A DNA stretch of 63,816 nt, counting the filler, from Octopus bimaculoides (lineage: Eukaryota): the NCBI RefSeq assembly GCF_001194135.2. It is 4 parts of 3 records of this genome, joined end to end, with 100 filler letters (N's around TTAATTAATTAA, not from the genome) between each part and the next. Parts side by side here need not be neighbours in the genome. Positions count along the whole stretch, not along the records: positions 1 to 16,721 come from NC_068997.1; positions 16,822 to 37,090 come from NC_068992.1; 2 more parts are not named here. The stretch is one strand, 5' to 3'. Positions 12,377 to 25,534 of this stretch are shown piece by piece. The notes under the pieces were generated by a model. That model saw only the letters and a program-made list of their open reading frames with translations, ran no database searches and was not told the DNA's origin. The position numbers were made by a program, and so were the translations under genes. The stretch's first letter is position 1. Each line of letters starts with the position of its first letter.

Positions 12377-12651
12377 AAAATAGATGCTGAATATTATCAG
12401 GATTTAGCTGAAGAACAATTAAAAGATTCAATAATCACATTCTTGAAAAACTATAATTCACTAACCATTAACAAAACTGTGTACCTTACCAATTTTGAAA
12501 CAGAACCGAGCAATTATTATAGCCAAATGAATATACACAATTCAAGAGAAATTGACAATGCAATGACAGAACAAAGTGGTGAGAATGTAAAATTGCTACA
12601 ATCAAAAGATCTAAAACTTAGACCCATAATAGCTAGTCCGACATCTCCATG

Positions 12652-12685
<34 letters not shown>

Positions 12686-12689
12686 TGTG

Positions 12690-13270
12690 TAGATTTGTAT
12701 GTTTTGCTTTATGTATGTATTCTCATGCATATAGTTGCATATCTAGACATGCTCATATATATTTAAATGATAAACTTGTGGAAAGTTTTACAGATTTTTA
12801 CAGTTCCAGTGATGGATTGGATCTGTAGTCTTCGAATTAGCTTTCTGCTTCCTGGTTTTGAGAAGCCTAATTTCTCAAGATTAGTATTTAGTCAGTGTGT
12901 TACGTATCTCAGGGCCCCAATAATTATAGGTATAAACCTAAACTTGTAATCTGGATAGAGTAACTGCAGATTTCTCAATAATTTAGCGTGGGTATTCTCA
13001 TTTTCGCTGATCTTCAGCTTTATGTTAACATCCGCTGAGCAGCTAATTTCCACAACTGAACAGTTTCTATTCTCTATCCCAAATTATTATATCAGGTCTG
13101 TTGTGCTTACATTTTATTAAGGTCTTCACTGGTATATTCCACCAGTACTCCTTTTTATTACGAGTGGCTATGGCTTCTCCTATATTTTGGGATCTTATTT
13201 CTTTGTCCTCGGGGTTATCCTTCCAACGGATTTCATTATAGAGTGTCCTAGCTATAACATCATGTCTCAT
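12690..13270 (-). mobile_element. R4/Dong-like non-LTR element 3' end (restriction-like endonuclease)
   Basis: RHDVIARTLY..WWNIPVKT..HNRPDIIIWDRE*RNCSVVEISCSADVNI..LQLLYPDYKFRFIPIIIGAL..GTVKICKTF..*; RHD and PD-(D/E)xK-type motifs; stop at 12763; (CATA)n tail next to it. Confidence 0.85.
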
Positions 13271-13720
13271 CATGTATGTATGTATGTATGTATGTATGTC
13301 GCTTGTATCACTTGTACCCACCAGACTATCAGATGTTGTTATACACCAAGATCACAGTACGCTTCCAATTCGTTCTTAATTGTGCCTTTCTTTTCTATCT
13401 TGGCCTAAATCTCTTAATTAGATCTTCTTCCCATCGCTGTGGAGGCCTTCAGAGTAGCCTTTTTCGATATCTCTGCACGAGTTTAGTTGTTGTTTGTGAA
13501 TCTCCGATCCAGCTCTACTTGAGCTTTCAGCATTGTGCGATTACTTCTTACACTCCGCTCCGTTCTCGAATTACTGCATTTTGGATATACTGTCACAAGA
13601 AAATTCTAGAATGCATCCTTCATCGGCACTTTGCATCGTAGACAATCAATGTTCTTCCTTCGTAGAAGCCCGCACCTCAGTTGCATATAAGAGCGCATTT
13701 TAGACGGTACAATTGAAGAG
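13271..13720 (-). mobile_element. RTE LINE 3' segment with (CATA)n tail
   Basis: LFNCTV*NALLYATEV..IQNAVIRERSGV*EVI..KLK*SWIG..GQDRKE; ends in a short tandem repeat tail. Confidence 0.7.
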
Positions 13721-14140
13721 ACTACGGAAAAAGCCTTCTACAGTTTCGAGATGAACGCCCTGCTGAAATTCTGGACATGCAAGAACTCACCACCCATAAA
13801 AGTTCGATCTGAGAAGGGCATCAACTAAAGAGATGCCATCTCTCCAAAGCTCTTGACGGTATGTCTAGAAATGGTTCCACAGAATCAGTGACTGGACAGG
13901 TGACATGAACATCAAGGGCGAGCTAATTCGCAGATGACTCCGTTCACATCGCCGAAACTATACATCAGCTGCTGACCATGCTGACGAGAGCTAGACACCC
14001 ATAGCACTGCAGTAGGCCTTAAAATAAACTGCATGAAAGCAAAATATATGTGGTCCAAAGACGTAGCACAAGGCCGAATATGGGCACAGTGAGTATAGCC
14101 GGGACATGGCCGCAGAAGTTTCGCGCAAAGGGCCAGGAAA
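13720..14140 (+). mobile_element. RTE LINE RT core segment, inverted relative to its 3' segment
   Basis: DY.EKAFYSFEMNALLK, KGIN*RDAISPKL (GVRQGD.ISPKL-like), FADDSVHIAET..QL, AVGLKINCMKAKYM. Confidence 0.8.
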
Positions 14141-14334
14141 GATCAATACTAGGAATCTCATTCTGTATTAAAGTAAGAAATATGTACTATCGTACTCTTT
14201 CCAGAAAGATACTAAAAAATGCTGATTCATTTAATTTCATGTTGGCGTATTTTCAGACTAAATTTTTTCTTGGGTGTCTTATTTTCTTTTAGTTACCTAT
14301 CTCAGTGTATTTGTATTTGTGTGTGTATGTGTGT

Positions 14335-14373
<39 letters not shown>

Positions 14374-15817
14374 TGTGTGCGTGTGTGTGTGTCTCTGTCT
14401 GTGTCTGTGTCTGTGTGTCTGTGTCTGTGTGTGTGTCTGTGTCTGTGTGTGTGTCTGTGTCTGTGTGTGTGTCTNNNNNNNNNNNNNNNNNNNNNNNNNN
14501 NNNNNNNNNNNNNNNNNNNNNNNNNNNNNNNNNNNNNNNNNNNNNNNNNNNNNNNNNNNNNNNNNNNNNNNNNNNNNNNNNNNNNNNNNNNNNNNNNNNN
14601 NNNNNNNNNNNNNNNNNNNNNNNTGCGTGCATGCGTGCATGCGTGCGTGCGAGCGTGCGTGTGTGCGTGCGTACGTGCGTGCGTATGTTGTCCGTGTCTG
14701 TGTGCGCGCCTGCACACATTGATATGAAATTTCAGTAATGTGTGGGTAACAATATTTCTGAAGATGCTTTTGTTAGTCTGACATGTTCTTCCCATAAAAC
14801 TCAGCCACACACAATTTCTTTAGCAACATTAATCTATATGATGCGTTTAATATTTATACCAACGCTTTTTTGTGTATTTCGCCTTTTACATCGATGCGAA
14901 GCAGCGGTCGGCATACCCCCACTCTATTGTATGTTTTTCATTTTCTTCGTTCTTTACATAAGAACACACGTATCACGGTAACCAGGGACTTGATAAACCT
15001 GACTCGTGTAATTTCTGTAGGATTTTGGTCACAGTTTTAGACTTTTATTACTTATTTTATAATATTTTATTTTTTCACTTTCAATGCCTCATTCCACACT
15101 TTATGTTGGTTTTCTCCAATTGTCTGTCATTTCATTGTACCTTATAATCACATTGAGATGAAAGTGCTGTTTTTAATAATTCCTTTATTGTATGTTTTCT
15201 TTCTTCTTTTGCCTTACAACAATGAATCACGTCAAGGACTCAATCTCCATTGACCACTTAGAAAGTCCCTTCCGCTTGAACGGCTCACCACCTACGTCGT
15301 TATTAGTAATACAGCTACTGCTCTTACAAACCGTTGGTGGCTATGGCAATTTGGAGGACTGTGTGTGTGTGTGTGTGCGTACGCGCACGCGCGCGTGTGT
15401 GTGAGAGAGAGAGAAAAAGAGACAGACAGACAGCAAGAGGGGGAGAGAGAGACAGGATAGAAGTTGTTGAGTGGGTATATCATTTATATTTATAAGCACA
15501 CACGTACGGATTAATTTTTTTAATTCATTATCTGTCTTATTTTATCTATTCTACTCGGAGATATTCGTTTTGCAATTTTTTTAGCCTCGTATGTTCTATA
15601 ATATTTTTTTCTTTTCTTATTACACTCTTTACAATAATGTAAATAATATATATTTATGTTACAAAACACACACACACAAACACACACAGTCATGAGTATA
15701 AATGCATGTAAACATGTGTATATACATGTGTGTGTTTATGTATGTATATATGTGTGTGTATATAATATAAACAAAAATATATATATAGGCATATATACAT
15801 GCATATATGTACATACT

Positions 15818-15851
<34 letters not shown>

Positions 15852-16064
15852 NNNNNNNNNNNNNNNNNNNNNNNNNNNNNNNNNNNNNNNNNNNNNNNNN
15901 NNNNNNNNNNNNNNNNNNNNNNNNNNNNNNNNNNNNNNNNNNNNNNNNNNNNNNNNNNNNNNNNNNNNNNNNNNNNNNNNNNNNNNNNNNNNNNNNNNNN
16001 NNNNNNNNNNNNNNNNNNNNNNNNNNNNNNNNNNNNNNNNNNNNNNNNNNNNNNCGATCTATAT

Positions 16065-16438
16065 ATATGCATATATGGGTACAGGACGTCACAAAACGTA
16101 AACAACATGAAATTCGAAAACAGCATGAAGTATGAAGACAAACTTTTTTATGCGAACAACGAGAATAACAAATGGAAAACAAGACAAGTAACTTAAAGAA
16201 CGACCCTCAATCAATTGTCGGCTGTTTATCTACTTCACATTTTGTGAATTGCTCCAAATGTGGAGTAGATAAACAGCCGACAACTCATGAAGGGTCGTTC
16301 TTTATGTTACTTGTCTTGTTTCCATTTGTTTCTCTCGTTGTTCGCATAAAATGTTTGTCTTCGTATTTCATGATGTTTTCGTATTTCGTATTTCATGTTG
16401 TTTACGTTTTGTGATGTCTTGTACCCATATATGCATAT
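16065..16438. repeat. Fold-back palindrome, ~180-bp arms, 13-bp spacer
   Basis: 16065-16242 is the reverse complement of 16256-16438 with scattered mismatches; termini TATGCATATATGGGTACA. Confidence 0.92.
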
Positions 16439-16441
16439 AGA

Positions 16442-16448
16442 TAGATAA

Positions 16449-16515
<67 letters not shown>

Positions 16516-16518
16516 TAG
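16442..16518. repeat. (AGAT)n microsatellite
   Basis: Direct reading. Confidence 0.95.
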
Positions 16519-16913
16519 ATGTATGTATGTATGCATGTATGTATGCATGTATTTAAATATATGTATGTATATATGCCTATATATATATATTATCTATATT
16601 ATTATATGATTGAACGCCACGCATCCATTTGCAAGTAAGTTTATATATATATATATATATATATATTATATTATATATATATAACATATATATTATATTA
16701 TATTGTATGTAAATATATATANNNNNNNNNNNNNNNNNNNNNNNNNNNNNNNNNNNNNNNNNNNNTTAATTAATTAANNNNNNNNNNNNNNNNNNNNNNN
16801 NNNNNNNNNNNNNNNNNNNNNATATATATGCTAACACACGTACGTATAGTAATTTGCACACATACACATTACACAAACAAACGCACACATGGAAATAGAC
16901 AAATATATATATA

Positions 16914-16949
<36 letters not shown>

Positions 16950-17177
16950 TATATCTGTACACATACTAAACACACACTTACACGCATATATGTAATATGA
17001 TAGATATGAAGTGAGTTATTGATTCCTTGTTGTTAATCGGAGTATTAAACATGTATTTTTTCGCACACATTATATACGTTGGGAGTGATGAGCCTATTTA
17101 GGTATATACATATGCGTACATTCGTACATCCTGTGCATTTTGCCTTCATATGTGTGTGCGCTTGTCCGTATGTATGC

Positions 17178-17215
<38 letters not shown>

Positions 17216-18195
17216 NNNNNNNNNNNNNNNNNNNNNNNNNNNNNNNNNNNNNNNNNNNNNNNNNNNNNNNNNNNNNNNNNNNNNNNNNNNNNNNNNNNNN
17301 NNNNNNNNNNNNNNNNNNNNNNNNNNNNNNNNNNNNNNNNNNNNNNNNNNNNNNNNNNNNNNNNNNNNNNNNNNNNNNNNNNNNNNNNNNNNNNNNNNNN
17401 NNNNNNNNNNNNNNNNNNNNNNNNNNNNNNNNNNNNNNNNNNNNNNNNNNNNNNNNNNNNNNNNNNNNNNNNNNNNNNNNNNNNNNNNNNNNNNNNNNNN
17501 NNNNNNNNNNNNNNNNNNNNNNNNNNNNNNNNNNNNNNNNNNNNNNNNNNNNNNNNNNNACACACACACACACACACACACACACAAATCACTCACCTTT
17601 CTTCCCTTGAAGAAACAATATCTTGCATTTACGGACGAAAAATAGAAATATATTAATTTTATATTCCTATTTTCATACATAGGATTAACATAAGTACATG
17701 CTTACACAAAAACACGCACACCCCATACTCCCACTGCACCCACAAACAAACACACGCGCACACATACCTATGCCAACACACACAAATGCACACATATATT
17801 AGCGTGAGCACGTGTTTCTATATATCTACCTATTTACCAGATTTTACGTGCATGAAATACTATCTGAAATTACTGTCCAAGACGTGAAATCCTAAACCCC
17901 AAGGCGTGGCGAATTATCATTACATTTGAAACGGAAAATGTCTCGTTGACTGACACTGTATGTGAGCAACCCTTTATAATCTGCGGAATTAAACCCATTC
18001 GTACATTAGTTCTTCTCTATACACCTACGTACATCACCGTCTCCCTCTGCTCTATTGGTTTAGGCATGCATACTTGTATACATACATTGTCGCTTGTGTC
18101 TCTGACATTTTTTGAGCACACACACAGACACAAGCATATATATGTGTGTGCGTGTATATTTATATGTATATATATTATGTATAAAATATACATAC

Positions 18196-18231
<36 letters not shown>

Positions 18232-19749
18232 ACACACACACATATATATATATATACACACACGCGTATGTATTTATATATGTATATGAAATATATATAT
18301 ATACGTATATCTATCTTTCATCTATCTATCTATCTATCTTTCTATCTATCTATCTATCTATCTATCTATGTATCTATCTATCTATCTATCTATCTGTATA
18401 TATCAATGCATTATATCTTTGTGAATATTTGTACATGTTTGTGTGGAAAAAAAAATCACTCAGAGAAAAGCAATAACAATGAAAATTCGATAAATATTAC
18501 GAGTTCTTTCTGGCTATTATTATTTTTTTACATATCTATTTCGTTTTCTATTTGGGTTTTTGAGTAAAATGACAATTAAAGAGTTGTGTAGATACACGCA
18601 GAAAGCGCTGACGTATACATTCATACACACAACACGCACCCTTACACACATTACGTCATCCACATCATAATATTGGTATTTGTTCTTAATTTATATAACG
18701 CTTCACTTCACATGATGCGTGATTAATGACTTTTACCGACGAAATGAATTGAAAAATATATAAATAAGCGAAAAGATAATATATATGTATAATCTATATA
18801 CATAAATACATACATATAGGTATATATGTGTATATAATTATATATATGCGAATATATATACACATATAGATACATATATGTCCATATATATATGTATGTG
18901 TGTGTATGTAAAACGTGCATTATTCATAGCAAAATCTTCTAAACAAGAAAAGTGTTTAGGGTGAGAGAACAATTAGTGGTAGCTGAGGAATAAAACGATG
19001 CTGAATAAGATCACCTTGATAAATAAGCCAAGAATAACAAAATCATAACTAAGCCTAGGAAAACCGAAAGCAATATAAACATGATGAAGGATGGGTGGAA
19101 GGAAAAAGGAAGGAAAATATATAAAATATAACTGAAAGAATACAACAGAGAAATTGGAAATAAAAATAAAATAAAACTATCTAATGATGCTATAAAAACG
19201 AACAGGAATAAGGAAGACGTATGCAAAAGAGCGTTAATAAATATTGGGCTATAAATAGTTAGAGATATTCTGGTTGAGATATTAATCTATCAGAAGTCGA
19301 AATTAGTTTAATCGACATCATCAAATCCTCTCATTTAGAAATGATTCTAACACGCATCGAACTCTCTCTGATATATGAAAGAAGAGTACAAGAAGAAAAC
19401 AAAGAAAAAAAACTAGAATTACGATCATAGAAAAAAAAAAAAAGAGAAGAAGCTCTCCCCTACAAAAAAAAAGAAAAAAAGGAAAGAAAACAGCAAAATT
19501 TGCAGAAAGGAAATGATTTGAGAAAAGCAGCAAAAATGAAAACTGAATGAAACAAAAGGTAAATAAATCTAAAACAAAACAAGAAAACCCCAAACTACCA
19601 GATTATTTTCTAATTTTTCACTTCTTTATTGCTTAGCATAGAATAATAATTAACCACAGCTTACATTCACTCATACACACACAGACACACGCACAGACGC
19701 ACGCACGCACACACACACACACATTTTCACAAATCTGTCTTGACTAAAA

Positions 19750-19835
19750 TGCTTTCTTTGCAATCACGTAGTTTTGAGTTCATTCTCATTGCGTGGCATT
19801 TTGGGCAAGTGTCTTACCATGGCAGCAATCGAATG
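19750..19835 (+). mobile_element. SINE family B 5' fragment
   Basis: TGCGTGGCATTTTGGGCAAGTGTCTT matches the family B head. Confidence 0.55.
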
Positions 19836-20423
19836 ACTCAAACAAAGATATGGTAATATGAAATATGNNNNNNNNNNNNNNNNNNNNNNNNNNNNNNNNN
19901 NNNNNNNNNNNNNNNNNNNNNNNNNNNNNNNNNNNNNNNNNNNNNNNNNNNNNNNNNNNNNNNNNNNNNNNNNNNNNNNNNNNNNNNNNNNNNNNNNNNN
20001 NNNNNNNNNNNNNNNNNNNNNNNNNNNNNNNNNNNNNNNNNNNNNNNNNNNNNNNNNNNNNNNNNNNNNNNNNNNNNNNNNNNNNNNNNNNNNNNNNNNN
20101 NNNNNNNNNNNNNNNNNNNNNNNNNNNNNNNNNNNNNNNNNNNNNNNNNNNNNNNNNNNNNNNNNNNNNNNNNNNNNNNNNNNNNNNNNNNNNNNNNNNN
20201 NNNNNNNNNNNNNNNNNNNATACGTGTACGTGTACATGTGTCGCCTCTGTAATTATGAATGTATTTATTAGCAGCATATTTATAATTCATGTGTTCCGTA
20301 CCTTAGAATTGCACTTCAAAGAGTAATGGTTGCCGCTCACCATTTAATATTTTATTTTATTATTTCTATAAGAAAGGGGTTTGAAAAAAATCCGTTGATG
20401 TGGTGTCTTTTGGAATGATATTC

Positions 20424-20468
<45 letters not shown>

Positions 20469-20588
20469 AACATAATTTATTGTGAGCCTACATTTGTGTG
20501 AAAACTTAGTAAAAAATATTGGAAGGCTCTACGTACAGATGTTCGTGAACATATAACCGTAAATACAAATATATATAGGTGCACTTAC

Positions 20589-20646
20589 CAGTATGCGCAT
20601 GTGTGGCGACTCGTGCCTTTGATTGTGGAAGGAACCGGAAGGCTTA
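20589..20646 (-). CDS. Candidate 58-nt internal exon
   Basis: Strong donor CTG|GTAAGT, weak acceptor gatacag|; open frame xSLPVPSTIKGTSRHTCAYx. Confidence 0.2.
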
Positions 20647-21288
20647 CTGTATCATTTCATATTGAATACTTTGTATTTTCAAACAACTCAACAGATTAGT
20701 GTTTGAAATGAATAGCTAATAGACTTGATGATAAGAGAAAAAAGTTAACTGCTCTTTTGGATACACTTGGGATATTATTCATAGCTGCGTCCATGAGTCA
20801 GCTAGGAATAATTTTTGCACAAGCATACATTTTTATTAGCGTATGATTATAAATGTACTAATAATAACAGTAAGAATAATATCATAATTGTTTGCATAGC
20901 ATTAATAATGGTACATTTATTGTTCTATCACTTATAACAATAACTACCACCTCAGCGACAATCACTTGAGAAAAATGAGTCCCTACAATTTTTACAGAAA
21001 CGTCAAATATGAGCTAAAAACGAAAGTAGAAATATAACGGAGATTGTAAACTAAGCTATTAACATTAATAACAGCAATGTTGTTGCTAATACTAATATTG
21101 GTGAAAGTAGTGTGAATGTTAGTAATAATAGCAATTGTATGCATAGGGAGAATACTATATATGGAAACAAAAATAATATAGGCACCCATAAAATGTTTTT
21201 CTTTTAAATTGCTTTATTTGATTTTGGAAAGTGTGTGTTTATTTTAATGGCTTATTAATGTATACAGTGATTTTCTTTTTGCCCTAGG

Positions 21289-21515
21289 ACCATTTATATG
21301 AAGTGCAGAATTGACAATACTACCAATAGCGACAACTGCAGAATGTGTGGCGAGAGGGGTGAAACGGTACGGCACATTATTATGAAATGCCCGAAATTGG
21401 CACAACGCCAATACAAAAGACGCCATGGCAATGTGACAAGAATGATCCATTGGGAGCTCTGTGGAAATCACGGCTAACAAAGAGAAAAGACGTGGTATGA
21501 GTAAACTCCAGAAGA
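21289..21515 (+). mobile_element. R4/Dong-like element fragment, CCHC zinc knuckle
   Basis: TIYMKCRIDNTTNSDNCRMCGERGETVRHIIMKCPKLAQRQYKRRHGNVTRMIHWELC..G*..WYE*TPE (not in the ORF track). Confidence 0.85.
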
Positions 21516-21769
21516 AAAGACTTGGTTAAATTGTGTAATTTGTAGATGCATCTTTTCATATCAATACATTCCTTACAACTATTGTTTATCTGTCTTTTCT
21601 GCCTTCATATGTGCTCGACGAAGATCCTTACTCTCTCTGCAGTACCTACTCCTAATAAAGAAGACGGAGTTTAAATTTCGGATTTCTCTGACTGCCACCT
21701 GTGACTGTCTATAATTTGCTTACATTAGCATTTTGTCACCGAATTGATATACATAAATCTGTTATTTTT

Positions 21770-22138
21770 ATCAGTCATTAGACTACGGCCAAGCTGGAAC
21801 TCAGTGTGAAGAAATTTTTTAGTCGAATGAATCGACAGCCGTGCTTATTTTTTGTCATGCCTGCTACTTATTACATCGGTCATTTTTTTCCAAACCGTTA
21901 GGTTGCCGAGGCGTAAAACACCAACACACTGATTGTGAAGACGAATGCAGACAGAAACATACAGAGAGAAACACAGAAACACATAGACGATGAGCTTCTT
22001 TATGCTGCTATCTACTCAATCCACTCACAAGGCTATAATAGAGAATATTTGCCGAATGAGGTGTCACGAAGTGGAACTGAACCCAAACCATATAGTTGAG
22101 AAGCAAGCTTCTTACAACACAGCCATGCCTGCGCCTAT
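21770..22138 (-). mobile_element. SINE family B (bipartite, central microsatellite), diverged
   Basis: Head GGCGCAGGCATGGCTGTGTTGTAAGAAGCTTGCTT; tail ..GGCCGTAGTCTAATGACTGA. Confidence 0.75.
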
Positions 22139-22632
22139 ATATACGTATGTATGTTTGTGTATGTATGTATGTATGAATGTATGTATGTATATATAAATAT
22201 ATATATATCCATATATATACATATATATACATGATACACACACACACACACATACATATATATATTTATACATATATGCTCTTACACATATATTGTTGAC
22301 TAAAGCTCTTAATGATCACCATGGAAAGACAAGTTAATACTTCGGGCCAACACGATACAAACATTCAGTCACGCTGACTTGAATGAGAATTGTTGTTTTG
22401 TATGATGTCTGAACGACACCATAAATCCAGCTTAATTAGACAGTTAAAGAGGAGTTAAGATGTGTCTTGTGTAGGTGGGGGTGATGGCATGCTAGGTACA
22501 TTGGGAGACACAATATTGCAACTGTTGTAGGCTGTCCATGTTTATGTCATGACAAGATTTCAGCATATTTGCATACATCCGCTGTTTCAGCATGGATTTG
22601 AATGTGGTTAAAAGATGTGTTAAGCACCAGCA

Positions 22633-22773
22633 TAACTCTGTGGTTAAGACGCTTTCTTCACAACCGCGTGGTTTAGGGTTCAGTCCTTCTCTGCGGTACC
22701 CTGGGTATGAGTCTTCTATAGCCGACGCATGGCTGAATTTGGTAGAAGGAAACCGTGTGCAAATTCGTCGTCA

Positions 22774-22814
<41 letters not shown>

Positions 22815-23053
22815 GGTGTATAGGTTTGAGTGATTTTGGTTTTTGTCCTCCCAGCTTGGCAACTGTCGTTAATTTGCATTTGTCCCAGTCTGTTAGTTGT
22901 TGGGCGAAAGGGACCGGCTGTATAAGCACAATAAATAACTAAATAAAGAAAGAAAACAAACAAGACCATTAATAATGGTTCGATTTGTTCCACTAAGTAC
23001 TGAAAGTGGTACCCCAGCATGACCGCAGTCTAATGATTAAAACGAGTAAAAGT
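22633..23053 (+). mobile_element. SINE family B, diverged
   Basis: GTGGTTAAGACGC..GGGTTCAGTCC head, (TA)n centre, CAGCATGACCGCAGTCTAATGA tail. Confidence 0.75.
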
Positions 23054-24555
23054 GTAAGAGAGAGAGATTTTATCATTGGGCCAATTGACTGAGGTTGGGT
23101 ATTTGAGTTAAGAAAGTTTAACTTGTGATAAACCAGGTTTTCAATTAACTCGACCCCATACACGAGTAATGCAACGCTCAATTCTCTCCAGGGTTAAAAA
23201 CAAGACTACTGCCTCGAGGAGTTTCCGGTTCAAGGATACAGAAGCCGAGAGGGTCAGCTGATGTGGGGGAAATGCCGACTTATTGTAAATGTGTGGTTCA
23301 TACCCTAAGAGAGGCAGAAATAATAAAATTTTAAACCTATTAAAGTATGCATCCCTATTCCATCAAATTTTGTATTAAATTGATATGCAAAATATCTAAC
23401 AAGCGAAAATAGATTCGTTCATTGTTGTTTTTTGTAATTCACAATGGTGGAACTATACAACCGGAATATTCTTTTATCGTTGCATTTTAATAGCAAGTTC
23501 TTTTTTAATGGTTATTTTCTGTTTCTCTTTCGCATATTTATGTTTTGTACACATATATAATATATACGCGCGCACGCACACTTTTCTGTATATATTTGCA
23601 TATACATACAAATGACTACATATATATTCATGGCAATATATGTTTGTGTGTGTATATAAAATGTTTCATATACGAGTGTGTGCATATATATATATAAATA
23701 TAAATATATATATATATGCACACACTCGTATATGAAACATTTTATATACACACATATACGAGTGTGTGCATATATATATATATTTATATTTANNNNNNNN
23801 NNNNNNNNNNNNNNNNNNNNNNNNNNNNNNNNNNNNNNNNNNNNNNNNNNNNNNNNNNNNNNNNNNNNNNNNNNNNNNNNNNNNNNNNNNNNNNNNNNNN
23901 NNNNNNNNNNNNNNNNNNNNNNNNNNNNNNNNNNNNNNNNNNNNNNNNNNNNNNNNNNNNNNNNNNNNNNNNNNNNNNNNNNNNNNNNNNNNNNNNNNNN
24001 NNNNNNNNNNNNNNNNNNNNNNNNNNNNNNNNNNNNNNNNNNNNNNNNNNNNNNNNNNNNNNNNNNNNNNNNNNNNNNNNNNNNNNNNNNNNNNNNNNNN
24101 NNNNNNNNNNNNNNNNNNNNNNNNNNNNNNNNNNNNNNNNNNNNNNNNNNNNNNNNNNNNNNNNNNNNNNNNNNNNNNNNNNNNNNNNNNNNNNNNNNNN
24201 NNNNNNNNNNNNNNNNNNNNNNNNNNNNNNNNNNNNNNNNNNNNNNNNNNNNNNNNNNNNNNAAAATTATAGGAAAGAAAAAATAATGACCAGAAATACC
24301 AGGGAACGTTATTTGTTAATAAATATGTAAAATATTTTGTAATCTGATATTCAGATTAGTTTCCGTTTCTTGAAAGAAAAGAATTTAATTATTCATTAGA
24401 TATATTCAGCCCAATACAAATAACTCCTTACTTCCACCTACCTACACCTTCCCACCCACATACACGCTTATACATACATATATACACATGCGCACACATA
24501 TACACTTGTACATACATACATGCATACACATGCACACATATATGCACGTTCAGAA

Positions 24556-24586
<31 letters not shown>

Positions 24587-24649
24587 CACACACTGACTCT
24601 CCCTACCCCTTCCCACATTAATGCCATATTTGTTTTGTTCTATTCTTTG

Positions 24650-25260
24650 ATGAGTTATTAGCACCACTGCTTATATTCTTTGGAGTTATCAACTTCATCA
24701 TCATCGTCATCACCACCACTACCACCAGCACTATCAACAACAGCAACATCTGCAACACTACAACCATCGTGACTATCATCGTCATCATCATCATCAGCAG
24801 CATCATTGCCGTCGTCTTGACGCTCATCATCATAGCGCTCCCTCCCCACCAAAGCCACACCACAACTACCAAAGCAACCACCATCACCACCACCAGCACC
24901 AGGACTGGCACCAGCACCACCACCATCACCACCNNNNNNNNNNNNNNNNNNNNNNNNNNNNNNNNNNNNNNNNNNNNNNNNNNNNNNNNNNNNNNNNNNN
25001 NNNNNNNNNNNNNNNNNNNNNNNNNNNNNNNNNNNNNNNNNNNNNNNNNNNNNNNNNNNNNNNNACCACCACCAGCACCAGCACCACCACCACCACCACC
25101 AGGACTAGCACCAGCACCAGCACCACCACCACCACCATCTCTACAACCATCATATTCACCATCATCATTTTCGTCGTCGTCGTCATCATCATCATCATCA
25201 TTCCGATCATAACAAGCAGCAGCAGCAGCAGCTCAGCAACAACAGCAACCCCAAGAACAC
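24650..25260. repeat. Compound trinucleotide low-complexity block (CAT/CAC/CAG/CGT) spanning a gap
   Basis: Direct reading. Confidence 0.85.
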
Positions 25261-25462
25261 GAGAAACAGTAGCAAAGAGATCAACGAGGAGTGTTTATTT
25301 CTGAATAATTATATTCCACAAAGAATGGAAGTATAAACACATTCAAATGGAAGCATAAACACATTTGTTTGGACCTCGGCAGCAATTTGCATGTTTGCAT
25401 GTATGTATGTTTGTATGTATTTATGTATGTATGTATGTATTTACGTGTGCATGCATTCATGC

Positions 25463-25534
<72 letters not shown>

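Larger units (their letters stand above)
11590..12650 (+). mobile_element. Penelope-like element ORF N-terminal/pre-RT fragment, interrupted by two SINEs
   Basis: VIKQTDKSDAKIITDA (IK.ADKG.AVVIMD-like) ends at ~11954 and resumes at ~12378 as IDAEYYQDLAEEQLKD..PSNYYSQMNIHNS (FYGLPKIHK-like)..LKLRPIIASP; lies downstream of a hammerhead motif. Confidence 0.75.

Noticed and set aside
14870-14920. Minus-strand ..GGCGAAATACAC resembling a hammerhead 3' half
   Set aside because: No CTGANGA core.
16766-16777. TTAATTAATTAA islands between N runs (also 37135-46, 55431-42, partial ~57306)
   Set aside because: Identical 12-mer with stops in all six frames, flanked by N runs: an assembly spacer, not biology.
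24769-25212. Thr/Pro/Ser-rich mucin-like ORF
   Set aside because: Trinucleotide low-complexity DNA across a gap; no splice or domain support.
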